Made by a program: the position numbers and the translations under genes. Under the pieces are notes generated by a model that was not told the origin of the DNA, did not search any database, and saw only the letters and a list, made by a program, of their open reading frames with translations. 64,000 nucleotides of DNA from Camelus ferus (taxonomy: Eukaryota): assembly GCF_009834535.1 (NCBI RefSeq), contig NC_045713.1, positions 13,578,001 to 13,642,000 on the forward strand, written 5' to 3'. This document shows positions 41,901 to 59,158 of the stretch, piece by piece; the stretch's first letter is position 1, and each line of letters opens with the position of its first letter.

Positions 41901-43050
41901 TTGCAAAACTGACTTGCAGAACAGGAAACTGCCAGGGGTCCTGAGTCACTCTTCTCTTCCCTTCTTGCCCAACTTGGAAACAGCCCCCCGCCCCGAGTCT
42001 GTCACCTACTCAGCCTTTACCAGTAACTGGAGGGAGAAAAGAGGAACCAGGAGCTGCTGTGGGAGTGGAGTTTCCAGCTGGGCAGAGTAGCCTGAGGACA
42101 ACCTGGAGTTCCACAACCAGAGGGTCTGAAGGGAGGACTTTGCCCAGAGGGTCCTATGTCACAGCTGGTAATCTTAGACGCCAGATGTCATAGCTTGGCC
42201 CTCTAGAGGGCCGACAGGGAACAAATCCTGCCCCAGGTACATCACTGCCCTAGAATTCCCTGTGGGCGTGTTTTTACCAAATTAGTCCATTACCAGGCAG
42301 CACAGCCCGGAAGAGGATTCATCTGGGCCTCTTGAAGCCTGAGGTCAGAGCTGAGGGCTGGCCCTGCCCCAAGCCAACCACTCACCCCCACCTCCCGCCC
42401 CTCCTACCTAGCCCAGGCAGTCCAAACTTCACCGGCCATTGGCAGCCTGGCAGCATTCCTGGTTACCCAACCCCAAGGGCCCTGGGCAGGTGAGGAAGGC
42501 ACCCAGGTAATCACATTTGGATCCCAACAAGAGGATCTGTGCTTTCCAGCTTACCCCGCAGGTCTGGGGAAGTGGGGAGGAGAAAGGGCTTGGGGTAACA
42601 TCAGGGGGATGCCCCAAAGAGGGGCATCCCAGTCACAGGAACTACCTCTGGACGGGACTTCCCACGGCATCCTTCTGAAGTCCAGATCCTGACCCATATA
42701 TCTTCAACAGTGTCACCACCTCCATATACCCTGACCCCACAGATTTCTCTTGAAACGGCCACGCTCACACTCAAAAGTCTGTCCTCCTCGAGGACAGCGA
42801 CCCTTTAGACTCTCTAATGTCCCCATCCCCTACTCCTACTCCTACTCTCCGGGCTCCCCAGGCTTCTTCCTCCTCCGATTCCCCTTACCGACATGCGCTA
42901 TCATACTTGCTCCCCATTCCGGGGGCTCCCAGGTTCCATCAGCACCTGGAGGGCGTCCCCGCCCCACTGTCGCCCCAGGAGATAGCAGGTTGTACCCGGC
43001 TCAAAGTGGTTCTGGAAAACCTCGCCCCCGAAGAAGCTGCAGAACGACAT
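38967..43050 (-). CDS. MSRB1: Methionine-R-sulfoxide reductase B1 (selenoprotein R/X); 4 exons, 116 aa with in-frame UGA = Sec
   Basis: Exons 43050-42996 (55), 41238-41090 (149), 40754-40640 (115), 38998-38967 (32) = 351 nt. [19 protein letters not shown]; Zn motifs CVKC and CGRC; SRF-U-IFSSSL with TGA at 40676-40674; TAG at 38969-38967. Confidence 0.97.
39405..40040 (+). mobile_element. 5'-truncated cetartiodactyl L1 in MSRB1 intron 3, antisense to the gene
   Basis: End of ORF2 (ccatatgatccagcaatcccactcctaggcatata) plus 3' UTR and A tail; exact TSD aaagagtgggaa at 39393-39404 and 40041-40052. Confidence 0.92.
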
Positions 43051-43540
43051 GGCGCCGACGGGACCGCTGCGCGCTCGCCGCCTCAGACAGATGTGAAGCC
43101 GCCGACCCACAACCGGGGGCCTATACCCTCCTCGCCCCGCCTCCCGAATACCAATCGCTCCAGGATCAGGGACGGGCCCCAGCGCCCTGAGGCCCCACCC
43201 CCTCAGGGGACCAATCACGTCCAGAGGCGCTAGACACCATCGAAGAGGCCGCCCCCGGCTGACCCGCCCCTTTCCGCAGACCAATCCCGCCCTGGGACGA
43301 AGGTTCTGGCTTCCGCCTCCAGGAGGCCCCGCCCCTCCCGAGGACCAGCCGCCTCCGCCTTCCCAGCAGGCCCCGCCCACCACTAAAGACCATTCCTGTG
43401 TGCAGCGTCCCTGAGGCCCCACCCCTGCTGCCCAGGGGACGCAGCTGAGCTGGGTTTGGGGTGGTAACCACGGTGCACCTTGAGCCCTGTCTTCTTGTCC
43501 CTTCACGGCGCTAAGCCCGGGGTCACCGCGCGGTTGACCA
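42930..43540. promoter_or_regulatory. MSRB1: CpG island / MSRB1 promoter with CCAAT and GC boxes
   Basis: ccaatc at 43151, 43211 and ~43282; several ggccccgccc / ggccccaccc units. Confidence 0.75.
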
Positions 43541-43589
43541 GCCTTTCTGTGCCCCTCAACTCTGAGACAGAACGGGAAGAGTTGCCTCT

Positions 43590-43595
43590 TTTATT
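43590..43595 (-). terminator. RPL3L: Poly(A) signal of RPL3L
   Basis: tttatt on +, 61 nt past the stop codon. Confidence 0.8.
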
Positions 43596-43656
43596 AGACG
43601 GGGGACAGGCGGGGATCCTGACACGCTTCTCTCAGGCTCCCTCCATTCCATCCTGC

Positions 43657-50353
<6,697 letters not shown>

Positions 50354-50832
50354 GGTGGTCGGTCCCTGCGGGTCAGGAAGGTAAGGGGCCTCCCTGCCAG
50401 GCGCTGGAGGTCGAGCGGCAGGTCCAGGACACACAGCAGCCAGATCCCAGATTTAGCCCCTGGCAGGGGAGCTCTGTCATCTCCCGTGTCAGGCATGGGC
50501 TCTGGTGCCAGGAACAGGCCTGGCCCAGGGCAGGGCAAAGGGGGGCAGCCCCTGGGTTGGGGACACCTGGAGCCAGGGCTGGCCCTCCTTTCCTCCAGGG
50601 TCCTGGGACTAGGTCCCACACTTTGCTTTCTGCCTCCTATGACCCTCTGGAATAGGAACAACTTGGCCTGGTAGGGAGGCTGAGAAATCTGTTGAGGGGT
50701 TTCTCTCAGGCAGCTGGCATTGGAGCAGAGAGGATTCTTGTACTGTCCTGAGGACTGTGAGCCTGAGCTGGACGAACGGGGAGCGATGGGGAGGGTTGAC
50801 TCTGTGCCCAGAGGATCACCAGGGCCTTTACT

Positions 50833-50842
50833 CCATATAAGG
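50833..50842. promoter_or_regulatory. RPL3L: Perfect CArG box (SRF site) ~480 nt upstream of the RPL3L ATG
   Basis: CCATATAAGG = CC(A/T)6GG; nearby E-boxes CAGCTG (50711-50716) and CACCTG (50564-50569). Confidence 0.6.
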
Positions 50843-50887
50843 ATCCCTTGACTCTAATAGCTGTGATCTAAGAATATTTATTCACCC

Positions 50888-50986
50888 TTTCTTTTACTTT
50901 TCTTTTTTTTTTTAATGGAGGTGCTAGGGAGTTGAACCCAGGACCTCATGTATGCTAAGCACACACTCTACCACACTCTACCCCCC
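50888..50986 (-). mobile_element. tRNA-derived SINE (Vic-1-like)
   Basis: Reverse complement: T-rich tail, taatggaggtgctagggagttgaacccaggacctcatgtatgctaagcacacactctacc. Confidence 0.85.
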
Positions 50987-51196
50987 ACCCTGCCAAGAAC
51001 ATTTAGACAGTTTTAGGAACTTAAATTTTGCAGTTTTGATTAAAATCTCTTATTTTTTTGATTCAAAGATTGTAAGGTTTTAAAGTTCTGTAGCTACAGA
51101 ATCAGAGTTTTAGAGGCCTGAGATATTGCTGAGGGTCAGCGCATTTTGCATCATTAGATGCTAAAATCCTCCGCTACTAAAATATGACAACTCTTT

Positions 51197-51657
51197 GTTT
51201 TTGTTGTTTTTGAATTACAAAGCTACTTTTAACACTTGGGCTGAGCCCAGCAGGGATATAATCACTGGAAGGAGTAACCTGACAGTCCCAGAAGTGGCCC
51301 AGGGGAAGAGAGACTACCGGAAGGACGGAAGCTCCGAAGGGATGCGCTGTAGGCTCAGGACCAAAGGGAATGCCAGCGATGCTGAGGCTGTAAGCACGTA
51401 GTGGGACCGGCTCCAGATACTCAGGCCAAGAGCCAGAGGGTTGGACATGGAGCCCCAAAGCTGCTTGGGTTCCTCTCTCTCCTCTGCCTTTTTCTGTTTC
51501 TGCTGCATGATCTCCAGGTCACTCTGCTGCTGGGTAGCAGCACAAAGTCTTCATCTTGGCACTTTTCCTTAATGGAGTACCATACTCTGCTTTCTTATAT
51601 TCTTTTGGTGGGCGAGCTCACACTGGTTACTGCGGGTCATGGCAATGACTCCAGCCT
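51197..51657 (-). pseudogene. SERF2: Processed pseudogene of SERF2 (small EDRK-rich factor 2)
   Basis: Minus strand ATG at 51640: MTRSNQCELAHQKNIRKQS ... [19 protein letters not shown] (SERF2: MTRGNQRELARQKNMKKQS ... [20 protein letters not shown]); intronless; two frameshifts; SERF2-like 3' UTR ending ttaaaagtagctttgtaattc plus A-rich tail; TSD-like aactcttt (51189) / aactctgtt (51658). Confidence 0.9.
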
Positions 51658-51983
51658 AACTCTGTTGGTTCCCCTCATTCAGGCCGATGTTGCAGGCCGA
51701 TGTTATGATTGGCTGAGTCTGATAATTTCTAAGAGTTCATGATTTGAAGATTTGAGGTTTCTATGATTGCAGATTCTGTGTGTCCATAGGATTGATGACT
51801 CCGTGTCCCTGACCCCAGCCTCTGGGCAGGAAGTGACCAGCACTCACCCTCCCTGGTGTTGGTCAGAGGCTGTGCCAGGTATGGAGATCATAGAGGTTGG
51901 CCAGGAGGACCCTGGTCAGTGGAGCTGCCTCAGGGGCACAACAGTGCTCAGGGCCAGGATGGAGCCATCAGAACCAGAACAGA

Positions 51984-52092
51984 TGTAGGTATGTGCATAA
52001 CTGGATCGTTTTGCTGTACACCTGAAACTAACATTGTAAATCGACTATACTTCTATAAAAAATAAGAATTAAAAAACAAAACAAAAACAAAA
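51984..52092 (+). mobile_element. Short L1 3'-end insertion
   Basis: ttttgctgtacacctgaaactaacattgtaaatcgactatacttc plus A/C-rich tail. Confidence 0.75.
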
Positions 52093-52549
52093 ACAGGAAC
52101 AGAGTGCCCTGCACCCAGGGTAAGAATTAATTCTCCTTACTTGGAGGAGGGGTCGGAGGGTGGGGTGGGGCAAGCCCCGCCTCCTGTTCTGCCCCCAGGG
52201 AGGCCCCCCTCAAGCTCACTGGCATGAGCCAGTCCATGAGAGGCCCTGGCAAACCCAGTGGAGCCCAGAGAGGGATGCAGCAAATGGGCAATCTTGGAAG
52301 GCTCCCTGGAAAAGCAGGGCGTTTGGTAGTTTGTGTTATTTTTTGTCTTTGCTATTTGCTTGCTCTATTGGCCTGAGGTCTCCAGAAGAGCCCAGCTGTG
52401 TTCATCAGTCGGATCCCTGCTGCACTTGGCACGCAACTGGCAGTTCAGACTGAATGAGTAGATTACTTACTCCTGTGTCTGACTCGTCCTAGAATGTAAG
52501 CAGGGATCCTTGATTCCTTCACTGCCGTATACCAAGCGCCAAGACCAGC

Positions 52550-53250
52550 GCCCAGCACACTGTAGGCGCCCGTCGCGTGTGCAGTGGGTCGCCATGGTCC
52601 CAAGCAGGGGTGCTGGCGCTGCGAAGCAGCTCCCTAGACCAGCTTGGCCTTGCCGGACGAACTACTAGTCCCATCGTGCCTTGCGGAGGCTCCCAGCCCC
52701 CGGCGACCTCTGCTACGGACTAATTACAGGTTCCATGATGCATCGCGGGCGCCAGCCGTCCTGCGCAAGCGCGACCGCCGTTGGGTGTCCTCTGTACGGG
52801 CGAACTAGGCAGAGGGGTCGAGGCGGAGGCCGGGGCAGCGAGTCTGAGAGCAGAGTCAGCCGCGCGCCGCAGCCATGCCGGACAGCTGGGACAAGGACGT
52901 GTACCCCGAGCCCCCACGCCGCACGCCGGCGCCCTCGCCGCAGACCTCGCTGCCTAACCCCATCACCTACCTTACGAAGGCGTTCGACCTCCTCGTGGAC
53001 CGGCCCGTGACCCTGGTGAGAGGTACGACCCCCCAGCCCGTCCTCACCGCTCCCCGGGGCCCCCCACCGCTCCAGGAATCCCACACACCATGGGCCCGGT
53101 CACTCAGCCTGAACCCCACCCCCGCTGCATCCCAGGCCTCGCCTCCCAGAACGCTCCCCACTACACTAAGCGGTGCTGTACGTCCGCTGCCGCCTGAGGA
53201 ACCTTACATGCACCCCTGGTCTCCGGCCATGTTCAAATATTAAGGGTTGT
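52550..53250. promoter_or_regulatory. NDUFB10: CpG island / NDUFB10 promoter with two ZNF143 (Staf)-like sites
   Basis: actactagtcccatcgtgc (52661-52679) and tacaggttccatgatgcatcgcg (52725-52747) resemble ACTACAnnTCCCAnnATGC. Confidence 0.65.
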
Positions 53251-55241
53251 TTGCGGACTGCAGTCATCTGTCCTGAGGCTTGTCTCCCGGCACACTTTGC
53301 ATCCTGCGTTTTGCACCGTAGGCGGTCAGCAAAGGGCTGTTGAGGTGCTGCGGTTCTCCACTAACCCTTTGCACGCCTGCAAAATGTCCTGGGTAGTCAA
53401 TGGTGGCCGAGGTCCCCTCCACCTCTAGTGCTGTAAGTTGTCCTCCGTGTGTGCCTACGCTTGAGAGCTGCCCAAATTACCCCGTCTCTGGTCAAAACCA
53501 GGCCAGTGTTTCAAACTGTTGTCTAGTTTATGAATCAGCCGTGGGGCAGCAGCAAGACCACGCTATGCTCTCAGTCACTAGTGCCAGGCAATTGGTCCTT
53601 GCATCTAATTAATCAGTTCTTTCATTGAACAACAAAACATTGGGATGCATAGCATTCTCTGGTGGTTCTTTGGGAGGAACCAGACCCGGCTCCAAAGTCT
53701 GGAAGACACAGCAGTAGAACTGCTCCCTCTTCCCTGTAGCAATTTTTAAAGATATGTTTTATGTGTCTGGATAGATGAGACCTGACTAGATCCAACTTGT
53801 TAATTTATCCATGGGGAAGTTGAGGTCGGAAGGTCAGTGGTGGTGGAACTGGGACTAGAATCCCTGCTGGTGGCGCCCCGTTGGGGCCTTTTTGCCTACA
53901 CAGTGGAGTCCTTGTGCTGTTGGGGCTTGCAGAGGAAGTGTTCTGAATCCTGCTGTCTCTCTGGGCCTCAGTCCCCTCTCTGTAAATGAAAAGGACCTGC
54001 CCTGTGTAGGATTGTTGCAGAGACAAAGTGAGACATATTAGGGAACGTGAAAGGTTGGTACCTGGCTTACAGGAAGCTATCCATCACCATTTGTAGCCTG
54101 GTCCTTTCTAGGACCATCTCTGCCAGCCCACACCTCTTCTTTGGGAGTCCAGTTACCAGTCTTTGTAAAAGCTGGGAACATTTGGGAAATCTGCCTCTTC
54201 CATGGCTTATGAGAAATAACAAAGCTCAGGGCCCAAGCTGGCCTGTCCAAACAAATAGGGCCTTTGGGTCTGGGGTTCTCTTTGCAGAGTTTATAGAGCG
54301 GCAGCACGCCAAGAACAAGTACTACTACTACCACCGTGAGTTCCGACGGGTGCCGGACATCACAGAATGCAAGGAGAAGGACATCCTGTGCATGTTTGAA
54401 GCAGAAATGCAATGGAGAAGAGACTAGTACGTTCTGCCCTTGGGCTTTCATTCTTAGTACTGAGAGCCCTACGAAGTGAGCATGTCCTGCCGAGCATATC
54501 ATTCCCTCTTGATGCCATAGGCTGGTGGTCAGCTAGCAAGAATGCTTCCTGGGGTCGGCCCAGACCTTGGGGGTAAAGGGGCCAGACCACAGGGTTCCCA
54601 GGCCCTGCTTTCTTCATTCTACTTTCCCTGAGTGCAGGGAAAGGAATCCTTGTAGACCCCTTTTCTTGTTTTTCTTTTAGCAAAGTTGATCAGGAAATTG
54701 TCAACATTATCCAGGAAAGACTGAAGGCCTGTCAGCAGAGGGAAGGTGAAAGCTACAGGCAGAACTGTGCCAAGGAACTGGAGCAGTTCAGCCAGGTGTC
54801 CAAGGCCTACCAGGACCGCTGTGAGTGAGCCTGAGCCCCCGCCCCAGTCTGCCCCCAGGTCCTCCTGCTTCTGCCACCTGACGTCCCAGTCTCCACACAG
54901 CTGTGTGCTGAACCCTTTGCTAAAGGTGGTTCTTAACTCCTGCATAGTTTCTACATCACTGCCCAAAGCATGCCTATTAGCTCAGTCTCCAGCAGTGTAA
55001 AATAATCCTACCTTGTCCCCTTTCTGCTCACTAACCTGTCTTAGCTGCCCAGTATTCCTCCCTGCATGGAGAAAAGACCCCAAGTTCCCATCAAGGCAGA
55101 AGAGGCCCGTGACTCCCCTTCTCCATCTCTTTCCCAGATCACGACCTGGGGGCCCATTATTCTGCCAGGAAGTGCCTGGCAAAACAGAAGCAGAGGATGC
55201 TGGCAGAGAGAAAAGCCGCTAAAGAGGCCGCTGCTGCCTGA
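52875..55241 (+). CDS. NDUFB10: NADH:ubiquinone oxidoreductase subunit B10 (PDSW); 4 exons, 176 aa
   Basis: Exons 52875-53022 (148), 54288-54426 (139), 54681-54820 (140), 55138-55241 (104) = 531 nt. [14 protein letters not shown]; conserved cysteines ([23 protein letters not shown]); TGA at 55239-55241. Confidence 0.98.
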
Positions 55242-55273
55242 GGCAGCTCTATGAACCCCCTCACTGTTGCTAA

Positions 55274-55279
55274 AATAAA
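55274..55279 (+). terminator. NDUFB10: Poly(A) signal of NDUFB10
   Basis: AATAAA 32 nt past the stop. Confidence 0.8.
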
Positions 55280-55389
55280 GAGTAATGGAACTTGTCTCTC
55301 AAACGTCTTATTGGCCCCACTTCCCTTTCAAATTCAGCCACCACTTTTAAAAAAGAAATAAAAAGCAACTATAAACAGGCTTCATTCAC

Positions 55390-55395
55390 TTTATT
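55390..55395 (-). terminator. RPS2: Poly(A) signal of RPS2
   Basis: tttatt on +, 14 nt past the stop. Confidence 0.8.
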
Positions 55396-55409
55396 TTTTG
55401 CATATAAAA

Positions 55410-57341
<1,932 letters not shown>

Positions 57342-57491
57342 TCACTGAGGCCCTAGCATCTACGGCCGCCGAGGGCTCCCGGGCCGGGTTCCAGCCACAG
57401 GAGGCGGGAGCGCCAGCCCGGGTTCCACCCGATGTCGGCGGATTCCCGCCTCCCTAGCCCTCGGGAAGCCACTACCACAGCAAACACTTAC

Positions 57492-57733
57492 GTGTCGTCT
57501 CGATAAAGAAGGAAGAGGCCGCGCCGAAGGGATAATTTTATATCGCGCCAAGTGCCGCGAGATCTCAGCTGCCTCGAATCACAGGCCAATAAAGCAGCCT
57601 GTGACTGGCTCCGCGGTGCTCCGCCCTCGCCTAGCTCTGCCTGTGACTGTGTGTCTGCGGCACCGGAACCTGCGCGACTGGGCAGCTGCTATAAAGTCCC
57701 GCGCCGCTGCCACCTCACTCTCTTGGGTTGCAG
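57492..57733. promoter_or_regulatory. Bidirectional RPS2 / SNHG9 promoter (TATA and 5'TOP on each side)
   Basis: Minus: TATAAAA 57542-57536 then CTCTTCCTTCTTT from 57517; plus: TATAAA 57690-57695 then CTCTCTT 57718-57724; CCAAT at ~57586; inside a CpG island. Confidence 0.75.
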
Positions 57734-58115
57734 GTAGGTTAACCCGTCTGGGTTGGGTCCTCCATGCGGCACTGTGAGTGCGGTGCGGGGAGATGATTGG
57801 GAGGTCGGCGTCAGTTGAAAATCGCCTGCGGCTTTGGCCGTGGCCGTGGGTGAGATTCGGCGCCTAGAGCCACTGGGGGCCTCAGCTCACAGCTCACTCC
57901 TCGGTGTGGGGTGGTGAAACCCAGGCCCCAACAGGCGCCGCCGTTCCGAGCCCCGCTGCGGCTGCTCGCGTGCCCTGGCCTCTGGCCTCTGACCCTTGAC
58001 TCCGTCTTATACCCGCAGGACACCTGGATGCTAAGAGCTTGAGGCCGCCGCCGCCAGGACCGCGGGGGAGAGGGTCCTTGTTCTCGTCTTTAAATAAAGC
58101 TGTTAGTCTAACTCA
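57718..58115 (+). ncRNA. SNHG9: snoRNA host lncRNA (SNHG9 ortholog)
   Basis: Donors cag|gtaggt (57734) or act|gtgagt (57774); acceptor cccgcag|g (exon from 58019); AATAAA 58093-58098; intron carries SNORA78; head-to-head with RPS2. Confidence 0.65.
57810..57936 (+). ncRNA. SNORA78: H/ACA snoRNA SNORA78 (ACA64)
   Basis: gtcagttgaaaatcgcc ... ggctttggccgtggcc ... gggtgagattcggcgcc ... ggtgaaacccaggccccaACAggc; 127 nt. Confidence 0.92.
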
Positions 58116-59158
58116 GCCGTGTGTGGGTGTTCTTGGTCCTCCGCCCATCGCCCGGGAAAATGCATCTCTTGACGCTGGGACCTAGGTGTGCTGTGGAGAA
58201 GAGACCCTTGTGGGACACCTTCCCGGCCTGCTTTGAAAGATGTCATGCAGGGGCAGAATCTGGTTTTGGTGGTTGCCAGGTGACTCCGAAGAGCCCACCC
58301 CCCGAAAACTGGCAGTCAGGTTTGAACTCATCTTGTGTCTACCCACACCCCATAGCTTCCACATTAGCAAGTAAAGTACTTGGAGCTCGGTAGAAGTCAG
58401 GCTGGACCAGGAAACCATTAACAAGGGTGGGAGTGTAAGATTCACAGTTCAGAGGCTTACAGTAGTTCCCTGTTGTTCTCAGGACAAGGTTAGGGTCTTT
58501 AGGATTAGATGAGGTTAAGACTCAGTGGCACTGAACCTGCAGTTCTCTTCTGTGCCTCATGTTGGGAACATGCTGGTTTCCCAAGCTGGAATTGATTTCC
58601 CCATGCCTTTTCTCTTAGGCTTGCCCATATGTTCAGAGATTACCTGCTCTGGGAGACTTTCCCACATACTAGACTCCTCTGCTGTGGTACCACATGTTGC
58701 ATGGAAACCTGGTCCCCACAACTGGTCTGTATCCTGGAGCTAGCTCTATGGGTCTCAGATCCTAAGAGACCTGATGATGGGTGCCTAACCACCCACCCTT
58801 CTCCAGCTCTTGGGGATCTGGGCAGTAGTGAGGAAACAGGAACAATCACTGCGTTTCTACTGAAGCCTCAGCTCTCGGGGGAAGTAGCCCTTGGAAGCTT
58901 GGTTCCCAGCTTAGTGGTGTTTGAAGATCAGCTGTAAACCACCCTCGCCAAAGGCAGGGGCTCTAGGGATCCACCCTGGTTCTGGGCTACCCCACATCTG
59001 TGACCCTTGAAAGGGGAGCAAGGGCCAGGTGGTACCCTGGGCCAGGGCTGTGATTGGCCTGAGCTGGACAATGCCACTGTGATGTCGGCCCACTCCTGGT
59101 ATGAAATGGAGGCTCCCAAGCCCTGGGGGTCAGTGGAGCTGCCGTCCAGACACAGATC

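Noticed and set aside
42901-43506. Open frame upstream of the MSRB1 ATG suggesting a 152-aa N-terminal extension
   Set aside because: Starts at GTG inside the promoter CpG island, upstream of the likely TSS and CCAAT boxes; an expected GC effect.
53023-53243. Read-through of NDUFB10 exon 1 giving a 122-aa ORF
   Set aside because: Canonical G|gtacga donor at 53023; similarity resumes in exon 2.
54821-54830. Tandem donors gtgagtgagc in NDUFB10 intron 3
   Set aside because: The first GT is the stronger consensus (gtgagt) and keeps frame; there is no evidence for use of the +4 site.
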